In this document: positions 22,310-36,500 of the stretch, piece after piece | Position numbering within the stretch: the first letter of the stretch is position 1 | How the letters are laid out: the number at the start of each line of letters is the position of its first letter | Origin: Squalus acanthias | Taxonomy: Eukaryota | Length of the DNA stretch: 64,000 bases | Reading direction: 5' to 3' | Assembly: GCA_030390025.1 (NCBI GenBank) | Contig: CM059438.1 | Span: 61,196,001-61,260,000, forward strand | Translations under genes and position numbers: made by a program | Notes under the pieces: generated by a model | Told to the model about the DNA's origin: nothing | What the model saw: only the letters and a program-made list of their open reading frames with translations | The model's database searches: none

Positions 22310-22410
22310 CATAGTAACTTTACCTGAAGAAGGGGCGATCGATAGCTCCGAAAGCTTGTAATTTTAAATAAATCTGTTGGACTATAACCTGGTGTTGTGT
22401 GACTTCTCAT
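22310..22410 (+). mobile_element. Solo Penelope-type terminal-repeat fragment
   Basis: CCTGAAGAAGG..CTCCGAAAGCTTGT..AAATAAATCTGTTGGACTATAACCTGGTGTTGTG resembles recalled shark Penelope pLTR ends. Confidence 0.6.
22320..22361 (+). ncRNA. Minimal type I hammerhead ribozyme motif
   Basis: TTAC-CTGAAGA-A-GGGGC-GATCGATA-GCTCC-GAAA-GC-TT-GTAA: intact core, stem II GGGGC/GCUCC, palindromic AAGCTT stem III, stem I UUAC/GUAA. Confidence 0.7.
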
Positions 22411-22741
22411 TTTTAAATGGCAGAGACAGCACCGGGAGGGGAGAGGAGCCTGCTGGGCTTGGCTCTCTGGCACAATCTCATCCAAATTCAAGCAGCAAGT
22501 CGCAGAGCGGCCTGGGAAATGACAAGGGGCAGATTGCCTACCCTCCCCCTCCAAAGAGAAATGATATACAGCAGGAGACAGCCTAAAGAAAAAGGGGAAA
22601 GGATGATTTGGAGAAAAGAAAGGAGGAAAGTACAGATTTGCAAAAAATGGTTCCACGGTTTTCTCCTTTACGCCGATTTTAGTAGGTATTAAAATTCTGC
22701 GATGAACAATGCGTTATCCTGTGGAGACCAGGTGCTGGTTT

Positions 22742-23172
22742 ACAACAACAACAACAAGTTGCATTTATATAGCACCTAGAACCTAGTAGAAAACGTCCCA
22801 AAGGCTCTTCACAGGAGTGTAGTTAGACAAAATTTGACACCAAGCCACACAAGGAGATAGGAAGAAAGGTGGCCAAAAATATGGTTAAAGGGGTCGATTT
22901 TAAGGACCAACTTAAAGGAGGGAGAGGTAGAGATGTGGAGAGGTTTAGGGAGGGAATTGCAGAGCTTAGGGCCCAGACAGTTGAAGGCACGGCCGCCAAT
23001 GGTAGAGCGATGGAAATCGGGGATGCGCAAGAGGCCAGAACCGGAGGAGCGCAGAGATCTTGGCGGGTTTATAGGGTTGGAGGGATTTGAACACAAAAGG
23101 ATGAGAATTTTAAAGTCGAGGCATTGCCAGATCGGGATCCAATGTAGGTCAGAGGGCGCAGGGGTGATGGGT
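22742..23172 (-). mobile_element. L2 LINE 3' fragment
   Basis: (CAA)n tail at 22742 on the plus strand; minus-strand translation PITPAPSDLHWIPIWQCLDFKIL..GGRAFNCLGPKLCNSLP. Confidence 0.9.
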
Positions 23173-23461
23173 AAAATATAGTAAAAGAACCGCGTATCAG
23201 CACAGAGCAGCCAACCTGAGAGGCCTGAAGTATAGTCTGATATTGCCTCAGGGCAATGCTCTTGGATTAATTCCAAGTTGAACAGCTCTGAACAACAGTA
23301 CTGTTCTTATTGCTAGGCTGCTCTTCACAGTGCTCATGCACTCTTTGCGTTGCTATGGTAATTCTGCCTTGATATAATGTTCTTTACTGTGTTAAACTGG
23401 GCCTCACCTTGAGGTGCTGCTCATCACATCATTCCCTCTATTGCTGGGACTTAATTTAATT

Positions 23462-24060
23462 TCATGGAATCATACAATAATATAGCACAAAGGAGGCCAT
23501 TCGGCCCATCGGACCTGTGCCGGCTCTTTGAAAGAGCTATCCAATTCGTCCCACACCCCTGCTCTTTCTCCCAAAGCCCTGTAACTTTCTCTCCTTCAAC
23601 TTATCCAATTCCCTTTTGAAAATTACTATTGCATCTGCTTCCACCGCGCTTTCAGGCAGAGCATTCCAGATCACAACAACTGGCTGCGTAATTTTTTTTT
23701 TGTCACCTCTGGTTCTTTTGCCAATGATATTAAATCTGTGTCCTCTGGTTACTGAACCTTCTGCCACTGGAAACAGTTTCTCGTTATTTACCCGATCAAA
23801 ACCCCTCATAATTTTGAACACTTCTATCAAATCTCCCCTTAACCTTCGCTGCTCTAAGGAGAACAACCCCAGTTTCTCTAGTCTCTTCTCATAACTGAAG
23901 TCTTTCATCCCTGGTGCCATTCTAGTAAATCTCCGCTGCACCCTCTCTAAGGCCTTGACAACTTTCCTAAAGTGTAATGCCCAGAATTGGCCACAATACC
24001 CCTCCTGGGGACTAACCAGTATTTTATAAAGGTTTAGCCTAACTTCCTTGGTTTTGTACT
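23462..24060 (-). mobile_element. CR1 LINE 3' fragment
   Basis: QRRFTRMAPGMKDFSYEKRLEKLGLFSLEQRRLRGDLIEVFKIM..WNALPESAVEAD, with 3' UTR toward 23462. Confidence 0.93.
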
Positions 24061-24547
24061 AAACTAAACATGGTTCAAAGGAGTCCTTAGCCTCAACCTC
24101 CAGCTTAATACAGGCATAGGAAGATGGTATCCAGGGTTCCAAGGCTGGTGGAGCGCCCAAGCCTGTCGTTAGGTTAGGGTCCAAATACTGGCTGCTGGTC
24201 AGACAGGGTGGGTTTGTCCTGGTCCCAGCCAGTGGATGGAGGGCAGTTGAAAGGTTTGAGGCTGTCCAGTGGACAAGCAGCTGGCACTCAATGATCCAGG
24301 GTAGTTCAGCAAGGTTAATTGGGGCAGATGATGACGTACAGGATGCCTGTAAAATGGTGATCTGGGGTTAATGATGTCTACACTCCTCCTTCACTCCTCC
24401 CATCAGCAGGTCCTTTACAGCCTTGCACCTGAAGGGAAATAACCCAGGCTTTTTCTTTGGCTGTGGTCATTAGCCCAGGAAATCGTCAGTCTGTCAATGG
24501 CCAGGGCTGCCTGACTGCAGGGCCAGGTTTTATGTTGCTAAGCTGTT

Positions 24548-27500
24548 CATCACATCACCAGGCTCATCCTCATATCACCAGACGCTTCCTCGCATCACCA
24601 GACTCTTCCTCACATCACCAGACTCTTCCACACATCACCAGACTCTTCCTCACATCACCAGACACTTGCTCACATCACCAGACTCTTCCCCTCATCACCA
24701 GGCTCTTCCTCACATCACCAGGCTCTTCCTCACATCACCAGGCTCTTCCTCACATCACCAGGCTCTTCCTCACATCACCAGGCTCTTCCTCACATCACCA
24801 GACTCTTCCTCACATCACCAGACTATTCCCCTCATCACCAGATTCTTCCCCACATCACCAGATTCATCCACTCATCACCAGACTCTTCCTCACATCACCA
24901 GACTCTTCCTCACATCACCAGGCTCGACCCCTCATCACCACATTCTTCCCCTCATCACCAGACTCTTCCCCTCATCACCAGATTCTTCCTCACATCACCA
25001 GACTCTTCCTCACATCGCCAGACTCTTCCTCACATCGCCAGACTCTTCCTCACATCGCCAGACTCTTCCCCTCATCTCCAGACACTTCCTCACATCACCA
25101 GACACTTCCTCACATCACCAGACTCTTCCCCCTCATCACCAGACTATTCCTCAAATCACCAGACTCTTCCTCACATCACCAGACTCTTCCCCTCATCTCC
25201 AGACTCTTCCCCTCATCACCAGGAGCTTCACCACATCACCAGAATCTTCCTCACATCACCAGACTCTTCCTCACATCACCAGATTCTTCCCCTCATCACC
25301 AGACTCTTCCCCTCATCACCAGACCCTTCCCCTCGTCACCAGACTCTTCCCCTCGTCACCAGACTCTTCCCCTCATCACCAGACTCTTCCCCTCATCACC
25401 AGACTCTTCCCCTCATCACCAGACTCTTCGCCTTATCACCGGACACTTCCTCACATCAGCAGACTCTTCACCTCATAACCAGACTCTTCCTCACATCACC
25501 AGACTCTTCCCCTCATCACCAGGCTCTTCCTCACATCACCAGACTCTTGCTCACATCACCACACTTTTCCTCACATCACCAGACTCTTCCCCTCATCACC
25601 AGGCTCTTCCTCACATCACCAGACTCTTCCTCACATCACCAGACTATTCCCCTCATCACCAGATTCTTCCCCACATCACCAGACTCTTCCCCTCATCACC
25701 AGACTCTTCCTCACATCACCAGATTCTTCCTCACATCACCAGACTCTTCCTCACATCACCAGACTCTTCCTCACATCACCAGGCTCGACCCCTCATCACC
25801 ACATTCTTCCCCTCATCACCAGACTCTTCCCCTCATCACCAGATTCTTCCTCACATCACCAGACTCTTCCTCACATCACCAGACTCTTCCTCACATCGCC
25901 AGACTCTTCCTCACATCGCCAGACTCTTCCCCTCATCTCCAGACACTTCCTCACATCACCAGACACTTCCTCACATAACCAGACTCTTCCCCCTCATCAC
26001 CAGTCTATTCCTCAAATCACCAGACTCTTCCTCACATCACCAGACTCTTCCCCTCATCTCCAGACTCTTCCCCTCATCACCTGGAGCTTCACCACATCAC
26101 CAGAATCTTCCTCACATCACCAGACTCTTCCTCACATCACCACACTCATCCTCACATCACCAGACACTTCCTCACATCACCAGACTCTTCCTCACATCAC
26201 CAGACTCTTCCCCACATCACCAGACTCTTCCCCTCATCACCAGACCCTTCCCCTCATCACCAGACTCTTCCCCTCATCACCAGACTCTTCCCATCATCAC
26301 CAGACTTTTCCCCTCATCACCAGACTCTTCCCCTCATCACCAGACTCTTCCCCTCATCACCAGACTCTTCCCCTCATCACCAGACTCTTCCCCTCATCAC
26401 CAGACTCTTCGCCTTATCACCGGACACTTCCTCACATCAGCAGACTCTTCACCTCATAACCAGACTCTTCCTCACATCACCAGACTCTTCCCCTCATCAC
26501 CAGGCTCTTCCTCACATCACCAGACTCTTGCTCACATCACCACACTTTTCCTCACATCACCAGACTCTTCCCCTCATCACCAGGCTCTTCCTCACATCAC
26601 CAGACTCTTCCTCACATCACCAGACTATTCCCCTCATCACCAGACTCTTCCCCTCATCACCAGACTCTTCCCCTCATCACCAGACTCTTCCTCACATCGC
26701 CAGACTCTTCCTCACATCGCCAGACTCTTCCCCTCATCTCCAGACACATCCTCACTTCACCAGACACTTCCTCACATCACCAGACTCTTCCCCCTCATCA
26801 CCAGACTATTCCTCAAATCACCAGACTCTTCCTCACATCATCAGACTCTTCCCCTCATCACCAGGACCTTCACCACATCACCAGAATCTTCCTCACATCA
26901 CCAGACTCTTCCTCACATCACCAGACTCTTCCCCTCATCACCAGACTCTTCCTCACATCACCAGACACTTCCTCACATCACCAGACTCTTCCCCTCATCA
27001 CCAGACACTTCCTCACATCACCAGACTCTTCCTCACATCACAAGACACTTCCTCACATCACCAGACTCTTCCCCTCATCACCAGACACTTCCTCACATCA
27101 CCAGACTCTTCCTCACATCACAAGACACTTCCTCACATCACCAGACTCTTCCCCTCATCACCAGGCTCTTCCTCACATCACCAGGATCTTCCCCTGATCA
27201 CCAGACTCTTCCTCAAATCACCAGACTCTTCCCCTCATCACAAGGCTCTTCCTCACATCACCAGGCTCTACCCCTCATCACCAGACTCTTCCTCACATCA
27301 CCAGGCTCTTCGTCACATCACCAGACTCTTCCTCACATCACCACACTCTTCCTCACATCAACAGACACTTCCCCCTCATCTCCAGACTCTTCCCCTCATC
27401 ACCAGACTCTTCACCACATCACCAGACTCTTCCTAACATCACAAGGCTCTTCCTCACATCACCAGACTCTTCCTCACATCACCAGACTCTTCCTCGCATC

Positions 27501-30500
27501 ACCAGACTCTTCCCCTCATCACCAGACTCTTCCTCACATCACCAGACTCTTCCTCGCATCACCAGACTCTTCCCCTCATCACCAGACTCTTCCCCACATC
27601 ACCAGACTCTTCCCCTCATCACCAGACTCTTCCTCTCATCACCAGACTCTTCCCCTCATCACCAGACTCTTCCCCTCATCACCAAACTCTTCCTCACATC
27701 ACCAGACTCTTCCTCACATCACCAGACTCTTCCCCTCTACGCCAGACTCTTCCTCACATCGCCAGACTCTTCCTCACATCACAAGACTCTTCCTCACAAC
27801 ACCAGACTCTTCCCCCTCATCACCAGACACTTCTTCTCATCACCTACTCTTCCTCACATCACCAGACTCTTCCTCACATCACCAGACTCTTCCCCTCTAC
27901 GCCAGACTCTTCCTCACATCGCCAGACTCTTCCTGACATCACAAGACTCTTCCTCACAACACCAGACTCTTCCCCTCATCACCAGACACTTCTTCTCATC
28001 ACCTACTCTTCCTCACATCACCAGACTCTTCCTCACATCACCAGACTCTTCCTCACATCACCAGACTCTTCCTCACATCACCAGACTCTTCCTCACATCA
28101 TCAGACTCTTCCTCACATCATCAGACTCTTCCCTCATCACCAGACTCTTCCCCTCATCACCAGACTCTTCCCCTCATCACCAGACTCTTCCCCTCATTAC
28201 CAGACTATTCCTCATATCACCAGACTCTTCCTCACATCACCAGACTCTTCCTCACATCACCAGACTCTTCCCCTCATCACCAGACTCTTCCTCACATCAC
28301 CAGACTCTTCCTCACATCACCAGATTCTTCCCCTCATCACCAGACCCTTCCCCTCATCACCAGACTCTTCCCCTCGTCACCAGACTCTTCCACTCATCAC
28401 CAGACTCTTCCCCTCATCACCAGACTCTTCGCCTTATCACCGGACACTTCCTCACATCAGCAGACTCTTCACCTCATAACCAGACTCTTCCTCACATCAC
28501 CAGACTCTTCCCCTCATCACCAGGCTCTTCCTCACATCACCAGACTCTTGCTCACATCACCACACTTTTCCTCACATCACCAGACTCTTCCCCTCATCAC
28601 CAGGCTCTTCCTCACATCACCAGACTCTTCCTCACATCACCAGACTATTCCCCTCATCACCAGATTCTTCCCCACATCACCAGACACTTCCCCTCATCAC
28701 CAGACTCTTCCTCACATCACCAGATTCTTCCTCACATCACCAGACTCTTCCTCACATCACCAGACTCTTCCTCACATCACCAGGCTCGACCCCTCATCAC
28801 CACATTCTTCCCCTCATCACCAGACTCTTCCCCTCATCACCAGATTCTTCCTCACATCACCAGACTCTTCCTCACATCACCAGACTCTTCCTCACATCGC
28901 CAGACTCTTCCTCACATCGCCAGACTCTTCCCCTCATCTCCAGACACTTCCTCACATCACCAGACACTTCCTCACATAACCAGACTCTTCCCCCTCATCA
29001 CCAGTCTATTCCTCAAATCACCAGACTCTTCCTCACATCACCACACTCATCCTCACATCACCAGACACTTCCTCACATCACCAGACTCTTCCTCACATCA
29101 CCAGACTCTTCCCCTCATCACCAGACCCTTCCCCTCATCACCAGACTCTTCCCCTCATCACCAGACTCTTCCCATCATCACCAGACTTTTCCCCTCATCA
29201 CCAGACTCTTCCCCTCATCACCAGACCCTTCCCCTCATCACCAGACTCTTCCCCTCATCACCAGACTCTTCCCATCATCACCAGACTTTTCCCTTCATCA
29301 CCAGACTTTTCCCCTCATCACCAGACTCTTCCCCTCATCACCAGACTCTTCCCCTCATCAGCAGACTCTTCCCCTCATCACCAGACTCTTCCCCTCATCA
29401 CCAGGCTCTTCCTCACATCACCAGACTCTTCCTCACATCACCAGACTATTCCCCTCATCACCAGATTCTTCCCCACATCACCAGACTCTTCCCCTCATCA
29501 CCAGACTCTTCCTCACATCACCAGACTCTTCCTCACTTCACCAGACACTTCCTCACATCACCAGACTCTTCCCCCTCATCACCAGACTATTCCTCAAATC
29601 ACCAGACCCTTCCTCACATCATCAGACTCTTCCCCTCATCACCAGGACCTTCACCACATCACCAGAATCTTCCTCACATCACCAGACTCTTCCTCACATC
29701 ACCAGACTCTTCCCCTCATCACCAGACTCTTCCTCACATCACCAGACACTTCCTCACATCACCAGACTCTTCCCCTCATCACCAGACACTTCCTCACATC
29801 ACCAGACTCTTCCTCACATCACAAGACACTTCCTCACATCACCAGACTCTTCCTCACATCACAAGACACTTCCTCACATCACCAGACTCCTCCCCTCATC
29901 ACAAGGCTCTTCCTCACATCACCAGGCTCTACCCCTCATCACCAGACTCTTCCTCACATCACCAGGCTCTTCGTCACATCACCAGACTCTTCCTCACATC
30001 ACCACACTCTTCCTCACATCAACAGACACTTCCCCCTCATCTCCAGACTCTTCCCCTCATCAGCAGACTCTTCCCCACATCACCAGACTCTTCCCCACAT
30101 CACCAGACTCTTCCCTTCATCACCAGACTCCTCCCCTCATCACCAGACTCTTCCCCTCATCACCAGACTCTTCACCTCTTAACCAGACTCTTCCTCACAT
30201 CACCAGACTCTTCCCCTCATCACCAGACTCTTCCTCATATCACCAGACTCTTCCCCTCATCACCAGACTCTTCCCCTCATCACCAGACTCTTCCCCTCAT
30301 CACCAGACTCTTCCCCTCATCACCAGACTCTTCCCCTCATCACCAGACTCTTCCCCTCATCACCGGACTCTTCCCCTCATCACCGGACTCTTCCCCTCAT
30401 CACCGGACTCTTCATCACATCATCAGACTCTTCATCACATCATCAGACTCTTCCCCTCATCACCAGGGTCTTCCTCACATCACCAAGCTCTACCCCTCAT

Positions 30501-33500
30501 CACCAGAGGCTTACTCACATCACCAGACTATTCCACACATCACCAGACTCTTCCGCACATCACCAGACTCTTCCTCACATCACCAGACTCTTCCTCACAT
30601 CACCAGACTCTTCCCCTCATCACCAGAATCTTCCCAACATCACCAGACTCTTCCCCTCATCGCAAGGCTCTTCCTCACATCACCAGACTCTTCCTCGCAT
30701 CACCAGACTCTTCCCCGCATCACCAGACTCTTCCACTCATCACCAGACTCTTCGTCACATCACCAGACTCTTCCTCACATCACCAGACTCTTCCCAACAT
30801 CACCAGACTCTTCCCAACATCACAAGGCTCTTCCTCACGACACCAGACTCTTCCCCTCATCACCAGATTCTTCCTCACATCACCAGACCCTTCCCCTCAT
30901 CACCAGACTCTACCCATTATCACCAGACTCTTCCTCACATCACCAGACTCTTCCTCACATCACCAGGCTCTTCGTCACATCACCAGACTCTTCCTCACAT
31001 CACCACACTCTTCCTCACATCAACAGACACTTCCCCCTCATCTCCAGACTCTTCCCCTCATCAGCAGACTCTTCCCCACATCACCAGACTCTTCCCCACA
31101 TCACCAGACTCTTCCCTTCATCACCAGACTCCTCCCCTCATCACCAGACTCTTCCCCTCATCACCAGACTCTTCACCTCTTAACCAGACTCTTCCTCACA
31201 TCACCAGACTCTTCCCCTCATCACCAGACTCTTCCTCATATCACCAGACTCTTCCCCTCATCACCAGACTCTTCCCCTCATCACCAGACTCTTCCCCTCA
31301 TCACCAGACTCTTCCCCTCATCACCAGACTCTTCCCCTCATCACCAGACTCTTCCCCTCATCACCGGACTCTTCCCCTCATCACCGGACTCTTCATCACA
31401 TCATCAGACTCTTCATCACATCATCAGACTCTTCCCCTCATCACCAGGGTCTTCCTCACATCACCAAGCTCTACCCCTCATCACCAGAGGCTTACTCACA
31501 TCACCAGACTATTCCACACATCACCAGACTCTTCCGCACATCACCAGACTCTTCCTCACATCACCAGACTCTTCCTCACATCACCAGACTCTTCCCCTCA
31601 TCACCAGAATCTTCCCAACATCACCAGACTCTTCCCCTCATCGCAAGGCTCTTCCTCACATCACCAGACTCTTCCTCGCATCACCAGACTCTTCCCCGCA
31701 TCACCAGACTCTTCCACTCATCACCAGACTCTTCGTCACATCACCAGACTCTTCCTCACATCACCAGACTCTTCCCAACATCACCAGACTCTTCCCAACA
31801 TCACAAGGCTCTTCCTCACGACACCAGACTCTTCCCCTCATCACCAGATTCTTCCTCACATCACCAGACCCTTCCCCTCATCACCAGACTCTACCCATTA
31901 TCACCAGACTCTTCCTCACATCACCAGACTCTTCCTCACATCACCAGACTCTTCCTCACATCACCAGACTCTTCCTCACATCACCAGACTTTTTCCCTCA
32001 TCACCACACTCTTCACCTCATCACCAGGCTATTCCTCACATCACCAGACTCTTCCTCGCATCACCAGACTCTTCCTCGCATCACCAGACTCCTCCCCGCA
32101 TCGCCAGACTCTTCCTCACATCACCAGACTCTTCCCCTCATCACCAGACCCTTCCTCACATCACCAGACTCTTCCCAACATCACCAGACTCTTCCCCTCA
32201 TCACCAGACCCTTCCTCACATCACCAGACTCTTCCTCACATCACCAGACTCTTCCCCTCATCACCAGACCCTTCCTCACATCACCAGACTCTTCCCAACA
32301 TCACCAGACTCTTCCCCTCATCACCAGACCCTTCCTCACATCACCAGACTCTTCCTCACATCACCAGACTCTTCCTCACATCACCAGGCTCTACCCCTCA
32401 TCACCAGACCCTTCCTCACATCACCAGACTCTTCCCCTCATCAACAGACTCTTCCACTCATCACCAGACTCTTCTTCACATCACCAGACTCTTCCCCTCA
32501 TCAGCAGACTCTTCCCCTCATCACCAGACTCTACCCATTATCACCAGACTCTTCCTCACATCACCAGACTCTTCCCCTCATCACCAGACACTTCCCCACA
32601 TCACCAGACTCTTCCCCTCATCACCAGACTCTTCCCCTCATCACCAGACTCTTCCCCTCATCACCAGACTCTTCCTCACATCACCAGACTCCTCCCCGCA
32701 TCACCAGACTCTTCCTCACATCACCAGACTCTTCCCCTCATCACCAGACTCTTCCTCACATCGCCAGACTCTTCCTCACATCACAAGACTCTTCCCCTCA
32801 TCACCAGACTCTTCCTCACATCACCAGACTCTTCCCCTCATCACCAGACTCTTCCTCACATCACCAGATTCTTCCCCTCATCACCAGACTCTTCATCACA
32901 TCCCCAGACTCTTCCCCTCATCACCAGGCTCTTCCTTATATCACCAGACATTTCCTCACAGCACCAGACTCTTCCCCTCATCCCCAGACTCTTCCCCTCA
33001 TCACCAGGCTCTTCCCCTCATCACCAGACTCTTCCTCACATCACCAGACTCTTCCTCACATCACCAGACTCTTCCCCTCATCACCAGGCTCTTCCTTACA
33101 TCACCAGACACTTCCTCACATCGCCAGATTCTTCCCCTCATCACCAGACTCTTCCTCACACACCAGACCCTTCCCTGATCACCAGACTCTTCCTCACATC
33201 ACCAGACTCTTCCTCACATCACCAGACTCTTCCTCACATCACCAGGCTCTACCCCTCATCACCAGACTCTTCCTCGCTTCACCAGACTCTTCCCCTCATC
33301 ACCAGACCCTTCCTCACATCACCAGACTCTTCCTCACATCACCGGACTCTTCCTCACATCACCAGACTCTTCCGCACATCACCAGACTCTTCCTCACATC
33401 ACCAGACTCTTCCTCACATCACCAGACTCTTCCTCACATCACCAGGCTCTACCCCTCATCACCAGACTCTTCCTCGCTTCACCAGACTCTTCCCCTCATC

Positions 33501-36500
33501 ACCAGACTCTTCCCCTCATCACCAGACCCTTCCCCTCATCACCAGACGCTTCCCCTTATCACCGGACTCTTCCTCACATCACCAGACTCTTCCTCACATC
33601 ACCAGACGCTTCCTCACATCACCAGACTCTTCCCCTCATCACCAGACTCTTCCCATCATCACCAGACTCTTCACCACATCACCAGACTCTTCCTAACATC
33701 ACAAGGCTCTTCCTCACATCACCAGACTCTTCCTCACATCACCAGACTCTTCCTCGCATCACCAGACTCTTCCCCTCATCACCAGACTCTTCCCCACATC
33801 ACCAGACTCTTCCCCTCATCACCAGACTCTTCCCCTCATCACCAGACTCTTCCCCTCATCACCAGACTCCTCCCCGCATCACCAGACTCTTCCTCACATC
33901 ACCAGACTCTTCCCTCATCACCAGACTCTTCCCCTCATCACCAGACTCTTCCCCTCATCACCAGACTCCTCCCCGCATCACCAAACTCTTCCTCACATCA
34001 CAAGACTCTTCCTCACAACACCAGACTCTTCCCCCCTCATCACCAGACACTTCTTCTCATCAACTACTCTTCCTCACATCACCAGACTCTTCCTCACATC
34101 ACCAGACTCTTCCCCTCTACGCCATACTCTTCCTCACATCGCCAGACTCTTCCTGACATCACAAGACTCTTCCTCACAACACCAGACTCTTCCCCTCATC
34201 ACCAGACACTTCTTCTCATCACCTACTCTTCCTCACATCACCAGACTCTTCCTCACATCACCAGACTCTTCCTCACATCACCAGACTCTTCCTCACATCA
34301 CCAGACTCTTCCTCACATCATCAGACTCTTCCTCACATCACCAGACTCTTCCCTCATCACCAGACTCTTCCCCTCATCACCAGACTCTTCCTCACATCAC
34401 CAGACTCTTCCCCTCATCACCAGACTCTTCCTCACATCACCAGATTCTTCCCCTCATCACCAGACTCTTCATCACATCCCCAGACTCTTCCCCTCATCAC
34501 CAGGCTCTTCCTTATATCACCAGACATTTCCTCACATCACCAGACTCTTCCCCTCATCCCCAGACTCTTCCCCTCATCACCAGGCTCTTCCCCTCATCAC
34601 CAGACTCTTCCTCACATCACCAGACTCTTCCTCACATCACCAGACTCTTCCTCACATCACCAGACTCTTCCCCTCATCACCAGGCTCTTCCTTACATCAC
34701 CAGACACTTCCTCACATCGCCAGATTCTTCCCCTCATCACCAGACTCTTCCTCACACACCAGACCCTTCCCTCATCACCAGACTCTTCCTCACATCACCA
34801 GACTCTTCCACTCATCTCCAGACTCTTCCCCTCATCACCAGACTCTTCCCCTCATCACCAGACCCTTCCCCTCATCACCAGACGCTTCCCCTTATCACCG
34901 GACTCTTCCTCACATCACCGGACTCTTCCTCACATCACCAGACTCTTCCTCACATCACCAGACTCTTCCGCACATCACCAGACTCTTCCTCACATCACCA
35001 GACTCTTCCTCACATCACCAGACTCTTCCTCACATCACCAGACTCTTCCTCACATCACCAGGCTCTACCCCTCATCACCAGACTCTTCCTCGCTTCACCA
35101 GACTCTTCCCCTCATCATCAGACCCTTCCCCTCATCACCAGCCGCTTCCCCTTATCACCGGACTCTTCCTCACATCACCAGACTCTTCCTCACATCACCA
35201 GACGCTTCCTCACATCACCAGACTCTTCCCCTCATCACCAGACTCTTCCCATCATCACCAGACTCTTCACCACATCACCAGACTCTTCCTAACATCACAA
35301 GGCTCTTCCTCACATCACCAGACTCTTCCTCACATCACCAGCCTCCTCCTCACATCACCAGACTCTTCCTGACATCAACCAGACTGTTCCTCACATCACA
35401 AGGCTCTTCCACTCATCACCAGACTCTTCCCCTCATCACCAGACACTTCCTCAAAACACCAGACTCTTCCCCTCATCTCCAGACTCATCCTCACATCACC
35501 AGACTCTTCCGCTCATCTCCAGAATCTTGATCACATCACCAGACTGTTCCTCACATCACCAGACTCTTCCTCACATCACCAGACTCTTCCGCTCATCTCC
35601 AGAATCTTGATCACATCACCAGACTCTTACTCACATCACCAGCCTCCTCCTCACATCACCAGACTCTTCCTCACATCACCAGACTCTTCCGCTCATCTCC
35701 AGAATCTTGATCACATCACCAGACTGTTCCTCACATCACCAGACTCTTCCTCACATCACCAGACTCTTCCGCTCATCTCCAGAATCTTGATCACATCACC
35801 AGACTCTTACTCACATCACCAGCCTCCTCCTCACATCACCAGGCTCTACCCCTCATCACCAGGCTCTTCCTCACATCACCAAGCTCTTCCCCTCATCAAA
35901 AGGCTCGTCCTCACTTCACAAGGCTCTTCCTCACATCACCAGACTCTTCCTCACATCACAAGACTCTTCCTCACATCACCAGGCTCTACCCATCATCACC
36001 AGACTCTTCCTCACATCACAAGACTCTTCCTCACATCACAAGACTCTACCCCTCATCACCAGACTCTTACTCACATCACCAGACACTTCCCCTCATCACC
36101 AGAATCTTCCTCACATCACCGAACTCTTCCCCTCATCACCAGACTCTTGCTCACATCACCAGACTCTTCCTGACATCAACCAGACTCTTCCCCTCATCAC
36201 CAGACTCGTCCCCTCATCAACAGACTCTTCCCCTGATCACCAGACTCTTCCTCACATCACCAGACTCTTCCCCTCATCACCAGACTCTTCCCCTGATCAC
36301 CAGACTCTTCCTCACATCACCAGACTCTTCCTCACATCACCAGACTCTTCCCCTCAGTACCAGACTCTTCCCCTCATCACCAGACTCTTCCTCACATCAC
36401 CAGACTCTTCCTCACATCACCAGACTCTTCCTCACATCACCAGACTCTTCCCCTCATCACCAGACTCTTCCTCACATCACCAGACTCTTCCCCTCATCAC

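Noticed and set aside
24065..24540. Possible decayed transposon or coding remnant next to the satellite edge
   Set aside because: No motif could be confidently recognised and no source for the satellite monomer is visible.
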